Assembly (NCBI GenBank): GCA_047603125.1
Contig: JBLKOU010000002.1
Span: 1 to 60,489 of the forward strand
Source: Candidatus Woesearchaeota archaeon
GTDB lineage: Archaea > Nanobdellota > Nanobdellia > Woesearchaeales > DATGWN01
Reading direction: 5' to 3'
Length of the DNA: 60,489 nucleotides
Made by a program: the position numbers and the translations under genes. Positions 28,695-38,447 of the stretch are shown piece by piece; the stretch's first letter is position 1; each line of letters opens with the position of its first letter. The notes under the pieces are model-generated. The model made no database searches, was not told the origin of the DNA, and was given only the letters and a program-made list of their open reading frames with translations.

Positions 28695-29927
28695 TTAGTT
28701 TCTTGAAACTAATTCTTCATAACTGACGAATTTAATTGAATCATGTTTATCGTAGTTTTTTTCAGGAGTTACAAGTAATAAATTAAATTCTTTATGTTTT
28801 TTTTTAAAATCAAGCAATCCTTGAAACTCTCTTTCTTTAATGTTCGTTGTGTCAATTGTTACGTTTATTGCAAAATCTTTTGCGATGAAATCGACTTCGG
28901 TATTTTTTAGCCAATACATGATTTCTTCATTAGTTTGAGAAAGGCGTATTGCAACCAAGTTTTCAAATTTCATCCCTTTGTTTTGTTTCGTTGTATTGAT
29001 AATTTGAAAAAAACCGTTATCGGATATGTAATATTTTGGCTGAATATTTTTATCAAAACGTCTTTTATATGAGTAGGAAAAATGTTTTACTTGAATAAAA
29101 AGATACGCGTCTTTCATTGCATTTATGTAATTTTCAACAGATTCTTTATCAATTTTCAAAGCTTTTGCAAGGCTATGGAAACTAAATCTGCTGCCGCTAT
29201 TTTCAATTAAATACTTTGCAAGATTTTTTACATTTTCTCCATTTTTTATATTATGTCGTTGAATGACATCTTTAACCAAAATATCCTCAAAGTATTGTTC
29301 TAACAGAACTTTTTTTAATTTCGGACTTTGCTCCAAAACAACTTCAGGAAAACCCCCAAATAATTGAAATTCTTCTAACTGTGGTTTGAGGGTAAAATAT
29401 TTATATTCTTCAAAAGATAAAGGTTTTATTTCCAAAGTAATATTCCTTCCAGTCAAAAGTGTTGAGAGTTCTTTTGAGAGGAGGGATGCATTTGAACCCG
29501 AAACAATGAATTTAATTTCTTCATTTCGATCATATACTGTTCGTAAAAATCTCTCCCATTGTGATATAACTTGTATCTCATCTATGAAAAAATAAATTTT
29601 CTTATTGGAATTTATGTGTTGTTTATAGATTTCTAGTATCTTTTCAAATAGTTCTAATGAGTGGGAATTTCTTAATTCATAACTTTCAAGATTAATGTAG
29701 AGTAATTGTTCTTTTGCGACGTTTTGTTTAATCAATCGCTTCATTAACTGCTTCATCAAGGTCGATTTTCCGCAGCGTCTAACTCCTTTAAGAACTATGA
29801 TTTCTTTTCTCGGCAAGTATTCTTGAATTTCTTGTAAATAGAGTGAACGCTCTATACCTGCATCTTGTTCTTGATCCCATAAATTTTCTTTTTTTAGCGT
29901 TTTTAGAAGGGCAGCATCTGAAATCAT
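28695..29927 (-). CDS. AAA+ ATPase of the archaeal ATPase / DUF4143 type
   Basis: Walker A GVRRCGKST, Walker B FFIDEIQ and the typical C-terminal DUF4143-like region. Confidence 0.85.
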   Translation of the reverse strand: MISDAALLKTLKKENLWDQEQDAGIERSLYLQEIQEYLPRKEIIVLKGVRRCGKSTLMKQLMKRLIKQNVAKEQLLYINLESYELRNSHSLELFEKILEIYKQHINSNKKIYFFIDEIQVISQWERFLRTVYDRNEEIKFIVSGSNASLLSKELSTLLTGRNITLEIKPLSFEEYKYFTLKPQLEEFQLFGGFPEVVLEQSPKLKKVLLEQYFEDILVKDVIQRHNIKNGENVKNLAKYLIENSGSRFSFHSLAKALKIDKESVENYINAMKDAYLFIQVKHFSYSYKRRFDKNIQPKYYISDNGFFQIINTTKQNKGMKFENLVAIRLSQTNEEIMYWLKNTEVDFIAKDFAINVTIDTTNIKEREFQGLLDFKKKHKEFNLLLVTPEKNYDKHDSIKFVSYEELVSRN

Positions 29928-30086
29928 GATTTTGCAGAATCCTCGAACTATATAAACTTTTTCATTTTAACCGAACCTTTTTTAAATAAACTGAAGGCGT
30001 GCGCTTATTATTTATATAGAGTTTCGGTTAGAAGATCGTTTTCTTTTGTAAGTGACTTTTTTTCAATCTAAACTCTTTAGTTACTG

Positions 30087-30517
30087 TTACCACCAAAAAC
30101 TATCATCATAATTATCGGCATCGTCTTCAAGTTGATCCATACTTTCATTCAAGAAATTATCAATGAATATTGCAGTTTTTTGAATTGACACATCATCTCT
30201 CACTAAAGAATTTGGAATTCTTAACGTCAAAAAACCTTTTTTAAATCTGCCAAAGCTTGCTCTGGTTTAAGGTTATGGTGACTACCATCCACTTCGATAT
30301 TGACTTTTGCATCAACGATTGCAAGATCAATGCTTTTGTAACCATCATATTTTTCAAACTCAACAAACCAACCTTTATTTTTAAGCAAATAGCCTAATTT
30401 TTTTGCTTCTGGCGTAGGTTGGCATCTTCTACAGAGGGGTTTGAAAAAGTATTTCTTTGAATAATCAAATTCTTGTTTAGTAATTGCAAGTTTACATTTT
30501 TTGCAAAAATATTTCAT
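30087..30517 (-). pseudogene. DUF559-type endonuclease-domain gene with a frameshift in an A/T homopolymer
   Basis: The ORF 30227..30517 ends ...IEVDGSHHNLKPEQALADLKKVF*. The family-typical continuation KKGFLTLRIPNSLVRDDV...FWW* is open in another frame down to 30087. The total span is 431 nt, not a multiple of 3, and the shift maps to aaaaaacctttttt (~30229-30245). Confidence 0.6.
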
Positions 30518-30616
30518 GTGCTGGTAATTATTGGTATAATTATTAAAGCTTTCTACATAAGATTCTTGATTTATTCGAGTGTTGCTCTAGAACTGTAGTT
30601 TTTTTCGTTTATCGCA

Positions 30617-31579
30617 CTACTCTTTTTTCACCAAACACATATATGCTAAGAACGCTTCGAGTTGTAAGTATTCATCGCTTCCTTCAGTCATGCGAAATTC
30701 AACATCGCCACATCTATCAATGAGTTTGATTTTAATGCGCTCTGGTATTTGCAGATTCCATAATTCTTGTTGAATTTGTTTTATGATATCGCTTCCTGAT
30801 AAGCCGTGTTTGAGCATGGTTTCTAGCAATAAAGTTCGTGCTTTGAGAAATTCATTATCAAGACAATGGTTGAGAATACCAATAACTTCTTGTGGTCGTG
30901 CAACGCTTGAGAGTTCAAAGACTATATCTTCTGTTATTGTTTTAGAAATTGCACTGCAACTTTGTAAAAGGTTTTTCACTCTGCGCCCATCACCCTGTGT
31001 TACTTGAAAAATCGCTTCTTTTGCTGATGGTTCAACAATTATTTGTTCGCTTTTGCTGACTTGTTCAATCATTTCAAACACATCTTCTTTTTCTAATGGT
31101 TTGAAGCGAAAAACAGTGCAGCGTGATTGAATAGGATCGATGATTTTGGATGCATAATTACACGAAAGAATAAATCTTGTCGTTGTTGTGTAATTTTCCA
31201 TTGTTCGTCTTAGAGCCTGCTGTGCTTCTTTTGTTAGTGCATCACATTCATCAAGATAGATAATTTTGAAGGGAACAGAATCGATAGCTTTTGTTCGTGC
31301 AAAGTCTTTGACTTTTGTTCGTATTACGTCAATACCTCGCTCATCTGAGGCGTTGAGTTCTAAAAACGATGATTTATAGTTTTCTCCAAAAAGTTCTTTT
31401 GCAATTACAAGTGATGTTGTTGTTTTCCCAACACCTGCAGGGCCTGAGAAGAGAAGATGGGGGATGTTTTTTTGTTCGACAAATGATTTGAGTCGCTGAA
31501 CAATTTTTGTTTGTCCTCGGATTTGTGAAAATGTTTGTGGTCGAAATTTTTCAACCCAGATTGCGTGTTGTTCTTCCAT
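30617..31579 (-). CDS. rfcS: Replication factor C small subunit
   Basis: WVEKFRP, Walker A GPAGVGKTT, DECD and SRC (QSRC) motifs. The ATG at 31579 (MEEQHAIWVEKFRP) is preferred to 31636. Confidence 0.95.
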   Translation of the reverse strand: MEEQHAIWVEKFRPQTFSQIRGQTKIVQRLKSFVEQKNIPHLLFSGPAGVGKTTTSLVIAKELFGENYKSSFLELNASDERGIDVIRTKVKDFARTKAIDSVPFKIIYLDECDALTKEAQQALRRTMENYTTTTRFILSCNYASKIIDPIQSRCTVFRFKPLEKEDVFEMIEQVSKSEQIIVEPSAKEAIFQVTQGDGRRVKNLLQSCSAISKTITEDIVFELSSVARPQEVIGILNHCLDNEFLKARTLLLETMLKHGLSGSDIIKQIQQELWNLQIPERIKIKLIDRCGDVEFRMTEGSDEYLQLEAFLAYMCLVKKE

Positions 31580-31850
31580 ATGAAAAAAGAATTGGTTTGT
31601 AATTAAAAGGTTTTTGTTTGAGGACAGTGCTTGCACTTCTTTTCATAAATTTCGGGCACTGTTTTAGGTTGATGTGACTTTTGCGACTTTAGTTGTCCCC
31701 AATTTGGGTACATCTTAAATCAAAGGCGACTTGGTAAATCAACATTTTCTCAAGGTAATTTTTTATTAAAGAAATCTTGAAACAATTAAGTACAAAACGG
31801 TGTATTCTTAAGAAATCGTGTTTATAATTTTCAAAAAGAAAGGAAAAAAA

Positions 31851-32114
31851 CTATATGATGTCTTCTTCAGCAATAACTAAAAAGTCACCAGTTGCGATAA
31901 CTGCGCTGTAAGGAATCAAAATATTATTCTCTTTATCGTGCTCTAACTCGAGTTTTTCAGTATAGACTGTTGGATTTACCAATACAATATTGATTAATTC
32001 TCCACTTCGAGTCTCAAAAACAAGATCGCCTACTTCGCCGAACCGTTTTCCGTTTTTGGATACAACTGTCTTTCCAATGAGGTCTTTTGAAAATCTTTTT
32101 TCTTCGTCTGCCAT
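31851..32114 (-). CDS. PRC-barrel domain protein
   Basis: LIGKTVVSKNGKRFGEVGDLVFE...ILIPYSAVIATGDFLVI. The likely start is the MADEEK Met at 32114. Confidence 0.7.
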   Translation of the reverse strand: MADEEKRFSKDLIGKTVVSKNGKRFGEVGDLVFETRSGELINIVLVNPTVYTEKLELEHDKENNILIPYSAVIATGDFLVIAEEDII

Positions 32115-32181
32115 TGTCGTGTAGTGGTTGTGTAATGTCACCTATATAAATGTTTCTCTTTGTAAAAAGGGAGATTTTTAT

Positions 32182-32652
32182 ATGAGGGGGTATTTATGGG
32201 TAGTTATGATAGCGTTGACAAAAAATGGTCTGCAAACGCGCGAAGGTGTGCCTGTAGTTGTAAGTACGAAAAAATGGACAAAACAAACGGTTCCTCGGGG
32301 AAAGTTTGCAGTCTATGATGCGTCATTTGCTGTATTGGATGATATTCGCTTTGTGTTAGAGAAGGGTTTTTGTCAAATGGTTGTTGGACTTGAGCGACGA
32401 AGAGAATCTGATTTTATGCACCAGTTTGCATCGGGGTTTAATCATATTCATGCTCGGTTTTGCGCAAAACATGGCATTATCGTCGGGTTTGTGTTTGAAG
32501 ATGTGCTCAAAGATCGTGCCTTTGGTCGAATGGCTCATATTTTACGACTCTGTGAGAAGTATGGGGTTTCTTACACTTGTGTCTCATTTTCTGGTTTACC
32601 CTTGCATGAGCCGGACATTTTGTGTTTGTTTTCACTTTTGCTGCAAAAATAG
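32182..32652 (+). CDS. Hypothetical protein, weakly RNase P Rpp30-like
   Basis: The C-terminal pattern SGFNHIHARFCAKHGIIVGFVF...RLCEKYGVSYTCVSFSG..LHEPDIL resembles the Rpp30/PHP-like barrel end. It is shorter than typical Rpp30. Confidence 0.35.
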   Translation: MRGYLWVVMIALTKNGLQTREGVPVVVSTKKWTKQTVPRGKFAVYDASFAVLDDIRFVLEKGFCQMVVGLERRRESDFMHQFASGFNHIHARFCAKHGIIVGFVFEDVLKDRAFGRMAHILRLCEKYGVSYTCVSFSGLPLHEPDILCLFSLLLQK

Positions 32653-32713
32653 GTGGTTGTCGTCTTGGCAACACAAAAACTATTTAAATGGTAATTGTGC
32701 TTTTTAAAAGCAT

Positions 32714-35700
32714 ATGGGTACTATTCGGGTGTGGGTTATCGTATTATTATTCTTTCTTACTTCTAGTGTAGTTTTTGCTGGTGGAGTTGGTTCAGTTTCT
32801 TTGAAACCATTTGATGAATGTACTGAGGATGATGATCGGTTAGCATTATTTTATGTTGATAATCGCACGAATGCGCATGTTTGGAGAGATTTGCCTGAAG
32901 GGGCAACGAGCGGGTATGCGGTTTGTTATACAATTCCTGAAGAATTACAAGGTGTAGATGGGTTATTTGAGAAAACAACTGATGGTAATCATTTCATTTT
33001 ACAATTAACTTCTGAAAGTGATGCACACGCGCATGGTCCAGGGGATTGGTTTAGTGTTAATGCGACGAATGAACTGGGTGCGACATTTTATATTCCTTCT
33101 GATTCACAAATAAAAGCGAATGGTGTAACATTAAGTGACACGTGGGTAGATATAGATGAGTTAACTGACGTTTATAATTTATTCGTGATGCGAAATGTAA
33201 TTTTTGCAAATGGGAATGTTCCTTTTTCTGGTAAAACTGCTACTGGAGCGTCTTTTACTTCGCTTGATTTTTCAGGTTCACAAACGTGGATTTTAGGTGC
33301 GACGGATTGGGTTGAGGTAGGTGACAATGCAAATTCACTTTCTAATTCTGTTCCTATTGCGTTTACTGGTTTTGATTGTCGAAGGGAGGGTGCGAATTAC
33401 GGTGATCTTGCAGACGGTGAACTTCGAATCGGTTATTTAGATTCAACAAATCATTTTTCTTTTGATGAAAATGGTGTATATTCGGTAGCTCAAATTATTT
33501 GTACAATTGAAGAACCTGTGCAAATTTGTACGGATGAACAAAAAGCTCAAGGGTTGTGGTATGAGCTGTTGGATGACTTTTCAACTTTACCTGAAGTGGG
33601 AAATAATGTAGCAGTTCGACATGGGACTAGAAGTGATTTATTTGAGACAAATCACCTTCATATAACATTTGATAAAAAAGAAGGATCTAACCCGGACTCG
33701 GTTTCACTTTCTGGTTTGGAAGCATCGGGGGATGGATATTTGGAATTTTATTATTTTCCAGAACAGTCTTTAGCTTTGGATGTAAAAATAAATGGTCAAA
33801 CATATTTTGTAGAGGATCACATAATTGGTTCACTTAATTTGCAGCGACAAGTTACTGGTTCTCCACGAATTGATAGGTGGAATAAAGTGCAGATTTTTGT
33901 TTCGGGAGGTGTTAATTCAATTGAATTCTTATTACCTGAAACGCCGTTAACAAATTTACAACCACAATATGTTTATAGAATAGACGGTTTGAGTTTTCAT
34001 CCTAATAGTGGTCGAAATTATTGCGGCAGCGATGGCGAGTTTAATGCAGAGATATCTGAAGATGCTTGTTCTGCAATTCCTGGTTTGACATGGACGGGCA
34101 ATAGATGTTGCGGGTTACCTGATGATCAAAATTATGTTGATGACAATGGTGTTTGTGTAAATGGTCGAGTTCTCATGGAAGAAAAACCAATAACGAAGGT
34201 AGCTTTTGATGTATTTTATGATGGAAAGTCGCGGCACGTTACGGATTTTTGTTTTGATAATTTGTGTCATATTTCCCTTCCGCGAATAGACGGAGAGGTC
34301 TCAACTATTTCTCGCCCGGGTTGGTTACGTTTTGAAGGAAATGGTGCAAATATTACTCATATTGAGTCCAATACAAAATTGACACTTGATCAAGACATGT
34401 TGTTATTGGTTGATTCTTGGAATTTATCTAAATCTTCTAAAGACGATGGCTGGATTAGAGATATAACTGAACGAGTCATGATTTATGGTTCATTATATGG
34501 GAGAGTAGCTGATTCCGAAGAGCCGGATCGTCACTTTCTTATTGGTGAATATCAATTTTCGGGAGTTGACGTTTATTTTCTAAATGAAGAAGAAGTCGAT
34601 GAACAAGTGGTAGCGGGTTCTGCAGTTCAGGCAAAACTTGCGTATTTGAGAAACAATGAGGCCTATATTTATACTCGCGGTACATTTACCGACCCAAAAT
34701 TTTTAATTGGTGATCAAGAGTGGATTTTAGAACAAGATTCTGTTCAAGATTTCCCTGAACCGATGAGTACATTTTTATCTAATTTTACTATAACGGAAAA
34801 AAATACTTATGTTGTTCCGTCTGATTTCTCACTACCGAATCAAAGACCGATAGATATTTTTTTTCAATATACAACTGAGGATGTAGAAGTGAAAACAATA
34901 CATTTACGGACGCTGGTTGGTTCGCCTACTTCTGGAACGCAAAATTATTTTGCGTTGGTGGAAGATGAGAATTTTATTGTTGTGAATCATACTGATGCAA
35001 ATTATTTGGGTACAAAAGTATTTTTTGTTTTTGGAGAAAACAATGAATTAATACGCACAAAAAGAACTGATAAAACGCACGAGATTGATTTGATTGGAAA
35101 TGAACAAGGTGCAAGAAAAGTTGTTGGTTTTTATTACGATCAATTTGGTAACCCAGTACAAGAAGTTTCGTTGGATTTAGATTCTGGTTCTGTGGAGGAA
35201 AGTTCTGATGATTCCGTTCAATTAGATACACCTATTGAAATTCGAGGGCGCGATGGAACATTTGCAAGATTTGAAGGAACAGAGAATAGTCGTCAAAGTT
35301 ATGATCCAAAACAACTTATAAGAGTAAGTTCAAATATAGCGCAATTTATTTATTCTTCTCGTGGTGGTAATTTAGCACTTCGTGCGTGTATTTCTGAGCC
35401 CGAGCAGTTTTCAGCGTTGAATCCTATGAAAATAGGTGGTGCTTGTCATATTGCATATTTAGATTATCGTTGTGTTCCTCCTGATGTTCTTCCAGGTGAC
35501 GGCACAGGTTTCTTTTTCCGCTATCCTGAGGGTAATGTCGTACCTGCTTCAAAGCCGGAAAATGATGGATCGTCAGCATATCAAATGCATTTTTCACAAG
35601 GTGTAGGAACTGCTTGTTGTGGGCAGGATTCTTGTTGGACGGGTGTGAGTTGTATTGATGATGGCGAAACGCTTGGTCGACACACATGTCTTGCAGGAGA

Positions 35701-36733
35701 GTGGGCACTTGCACAGTTGAAATTTAGTCCGAATGGAAAAGAGAGTAGTTTTTGTTCACAACCAAGTCAGTGTTATGTTGGTAGTTTTGCTGAAAGTGAC
35801 ATGTTTGAAAAAACGTCAACGGGCGGGTTACTTGCAAACAACTGTGTTGAAAATCAAACACGTTTTGGCGATTATATTTGTGCTGATGGTGGTTGGGCTT
35901 CAAGAGAATTTGAGCTGGCAAATTTATTGTTGCATATTGCAGACGTTGAGGACGATGACAAAACATTCCAACTTATTTGTGATACGCCTCGTAACATTTT
36001 AGATAGTATGGAAGTTACTTTGGAAGAATTTTCTGATTTAAGGGCGTATAATGCGTTAATAGTGGGAATGCAACAATCTAATAATGTGCTTTGTAGTAAT
36101 ACGCAAGAATGTATAAAAAAAGCATGTATTTTAAATACAAATCAAAATGAGGTTTCTTTTGGTGTCACAATCCCTGTTCCCTATAATGAATCTGCGGGAA
36201 TTTGGAATTTCTTAGGTTTGAGTTGTAGTGGAAGTGGTTTACAAAAATGTAGTTCCAATGTACTCGGGAATGAGTTTGCAATTCATTATTATCCGCCTCA
36301 ACAACAGTTGATTTTTTCACAGGTTTCTCAAGCGGGAAATATTTTTACACGCTTTATTGAAGCAATAAGAAACTTATTTAGATTACGCTCTGAATTTTTG
36401 ATCAACGATCTGGTGATGCCAAATATGGTTGTAAGTAAAACATATTTGCAGGGCGAGGGGAACGAAGTGTATTATTTTGCAACAGTGCGCGATGTATGGG
36501 ATGATGATTCTAAAAGTACAGACATGGAATTACAAGTTATTTCACACCGGGATTTTTCGAGTGTAGCTGAGGAAGTTGCTAAGCGTCTTACGGGCAATAA
36601 TATTGATTTATCCACGGAACCGGCTACTAACATGACTATCGTTGTCGCTAAATCGAATACTGCAAAAGAAACGATACTGACCCAATGGCCTCATTTCACT
36701 TGGCATCTTGATCCTAAAATTAATTTGGATTAA
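32714..36733 (+). CDS. Large secreted protein (1339 aa), first gene of the giant surface operon
   Basis: Sec-type signal MGTIRVWVIVLLFFLTSSVVFAGG, a long uninterrupted ORF, Cys clusters (e.g. CGSDGEFNAEISEDACSAIPGLTWTGNRCCG) and many N-x-S/T sequons. Confidence 0.85.
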   Translation: MGTIRVWVIVLLFFLTSSVVFAGGVGSVSLKPFDECTEDDDRLALFYVDNRTNAHVWRDLPEGATSGYAVCYTIPEELQGVDGLFEKTTDGNHFILQLTSESDAHAHGPGDWFSVNATNELGATFYIPSDSQIKANGVTLSDTWVDIDELTDVYNLFVMRNVIFANGNVPFSGKTATGASFTSLDFSGSQTWILGATDWVEVGDNANSLSNSVPIAFTGFDCRREGANYGDLADGELRIGYLDSTNHFSFDENGVYSVAQIICTIEEPVQICTDEQKAQGLWYELLDDFSTLPEVGNNVAVRHGTRSDLFETNHLHITFDKKEGSNPDSVSLSGLEASGDGYLEFYYFPEQSLALDVKINGQTYFVEDHIIGSLNLQRQVTGSPRIDRWNKVQIFVSGGVNSIEFLLPETPLTNLQPQYVYRIDGLSFHPNSGRNYCGSDGEFNAEISEDACSAIPGLTWTGNRCCGLPDDQNYVDDNGVCVNGRVLMEEKPITKVAFDVFYDGKSRHVTDFCFDNLCHISLPRIDGEVSTISRPGWLRFEGNGANITHIESNTKLTLDQDMLLLVDSWNLSKSSKDDGWIRDITERVMIYGSLYGRVADSEEPDRHFLIGEYQFSGVDVYFLNEEEVDEQVVAGSAVQAKLAYLRNNEAYIYTRGTFTDPKFLIGDQEWILEQDSVQDFPEPMSTFLSNFTITEKNTYVVPSDFSLPNQRPIDIFFQYTTEDVEVKTIHLRTLVGSPTSGTQNYFALVEDENFIVVNHTDANYLGTKVFFVFGENNELIRTKRTDKTHEIDLIGNEQGARKVVGFYYDQFGNPVQEVSLDLDSGSVEESSDDSVQLDTPIEIRGRDGTFARFEGTENSRQSYDPKQLIRVSSNIAQFIYSSRGGNLALRACISEPEQFSALNPMKIGGACHIAYLDYRCVPPDVLPGDGTGFFFRYPEGNVVPASKPENDGSSAYQMHFSQGVGTACCGQDSCWTGVSCIDDGETLGRHTCLAGEWALAQLKFSPNGKESSFCSQPSQCYVGSFAESDMFEKTSTGGLLANNCVENQTRFGDYICADGGWASREFELANLLLHIADVEDDDKTFQLICDTPRNILDSMEVTLEEFSDLRAYNALIVGMQQSNNVLCSNTQECIKKACILNTNQNEVSFGVTIPVPYNESAGIWNFLGLSCSGSGLQKCSSNVLGNEFAIHYYPPQQQLIFSQVSQAGNIFTRFIEAIRNLFRLRSEFLINDLVMPNMVVSKTYLQGEGNEVYYFATVRDVWDDDSKSTDMELQVISHRDFSSVAEEVAKRLTGNNIDLSTEPATNMTIVVAKSNTAKETILTQWPHFTWHLDPKINLD

Positions 36734-36738
36734 ATCAC

Positions 36739-38358
36739 ATGGCTCTTATGACTGCGCGTGGACAAGTAACTGTTTTTTTAATCATCGGCCTAATTGTTTT
36801 TATGGCATTTGCTTTGTTATTGACATATCAACCGCGAACATCGGTAGAAGATTTATCTCCTGCGGATGCAACGCCTGCAAGAATTGCAGTTGAGACATAT
36901 CTGCGCCAGTGTTTACAGGAAAGTGCGGACACTGCCACGAAAACTATTTTGTCTCAAGGAGGGTTGTGGTTTGAAAGTCAGGGTGGTTCGGATAATGATG
37001 AAAATTTTGATTTTGACAAACCTGTTGTGCTTAGACATGATGTCTTGCCACGTCATAGTCCTCCATATTATCCTCATAATTTAAGTGGTCGATATAATGC
37101 GACGCTAGAAGAGCTTTATATTCATTTTCATGAACAAGGATTATTATTATTTCCATTATTTGGAAGAATTGACCCGAGGGCTGAGTCGGGGAATTTTTAT
37201 TTGCCCCGTCTTTGTGATCTTGAAGGGCCGAATTGGCCTGGCCATACTGATCATGGACGAACGTGTGAGTCAGATGTCTATGATACAATTGGTTCTGTTT
37301 CTTCAATACAAAATAAAATTCAATCATATACGACTGGAATCTTTCAAAACTGTATTGAGAGTTTGAGTGGGCGGGATGCGCCCGTTGCACAATCTATTGC
37401 ACAAGAGAGTTTTATTCATGTTATTTATTCAAACGATGGGGTTGAATATGTGGCAAAGGTTCCAACACAGGTAAATATTTCAGATGTTACGCTTCGATTA
37501 AATGATATTTCCTATACGCAACCTCTGCGAATTAAACCGATGTATAATCTCATTTTTTTTGGTATGCGTGAGGAGACTATTAATGCGAGTTTTATGATTG
37601 AGAATGCAAGCCATTGGGATTCATTGATATATTGTAATTATAATGGAACAAATTCTCTATGTTTATTGCCTGGTTTACAAATAACGCGGGAGAATAAGAC
37701 TTATGAGGACAGACATTATGACTTAATAACAGTTGTAGACACACAAGTTCCGCGCAGAGTGTTTTCTGTTTATTTTGAAAATCGTCCGCCAATAATTGAG
37801 TATCCGTCATATTCGCCATTTGTTGTGCAAGCGGACGAGACATTTAATATAACGCCTCGTATTATTGATCCGGACGGCGATACTGTTTGGACTGTTTTTT
37901 CTCGATATAATGGGTCTGAATGGATAAACGACACTTTATTTCGTTTTAATGAATCCCAATTGTATGAAGAAGGGGATTATTCTTTAGGTTGCCCTGGGAA
38001 TGTGTGTGCGAATTACACTGTTGATGTTTGTGAATTTGCGCAGCTGGGGACGCATAATTTTCGCTTATATGCTGCTGATCGTGGGGGGCCGTATGACTTT
38101 TTTCCGATTGATATTACGGTAAAGCCGGCCGATAACCTGGATAGTTGCTCAGGCTCTGTGTGGGATGCTTGCGCAACAGGTATGAACTCTACTTGTGTTG
38201 AGGTGTTGGAGGGGTATGGTGTTGATTTTAATCCTGCTGATGGAATATTTGAAGGTTGTGATTTAGAAGAGTGTTTAGGTAATTCATGTACTTTGTGGGG
38301 AGGTACAGATGTTCCGTTTCCGCAGCACGGCCAAGCGCTTTTTAACAAATTTTGTTAG
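36739..38358 (+). CDS. Protein with class III (prepilin-like) signal peptide and a Cys-rich C-terminus (539 aa)
   Basis: Starts 5 nt after the previous stop. The N-terminus MALMTARGQVTVFLIIGLIVFMAFALLL is a basic region, then G/Q, then a ~20-residue hydrophobic helix. Confidence 0.8.
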   Translation: MALMTARGQVTVFLIIGLIVFMAFALLLTYQPRTSVEDLSPADATPARIAVETYLRQCLQESADTATKTILSQGGLWFESQGGSDNDENFDFDKPVVLRHDVLPRHSPPYYPHNLSGRYNATLEELYIHFHEQGLLLFPLFGRIDPRAESGNFYLPRLCDLEGPNWPGHTDHGRTCESDVYDTIGSVSSIQNKIQSYTTGIFQNCIESLSGRDAPVAQSIAQESFIHVIYSNDGVEYVAKVPTQVNISDVTLRLNDISYTQPLRIKPMYNLIFFGMREETINASFMIENASHWDSLIYCNYNGTNSLCLLPGLQITRENKTYEDRHYDLITVVDTQVPRRVFSVYFENRPPIIEYPSYSPFVVQADETFNITPRIIDPDGDTVWTVFSRYNGSEWINDTLFRFNESQLYEEGDYSLGCPGNVCANYTVDVCEFAQLGTHNFRLYAADRGGPYDFFPIDITVKPADNLDSCSGSVWDACATGMNSTCVEVLEGYGVDFNPADGIFEGCDLEECLGNSCTLWGGTDVPFPQHGQALFNKFC

Positions 38359-38447
38359 CCGTAATAATTCCTTTGCTTTCCCGTCGGGGAAAATAGAAAA
38401 CTATTTAAAAGAAACTAGGCATTTTTAAACACTAAGAGGGGTCAGCA

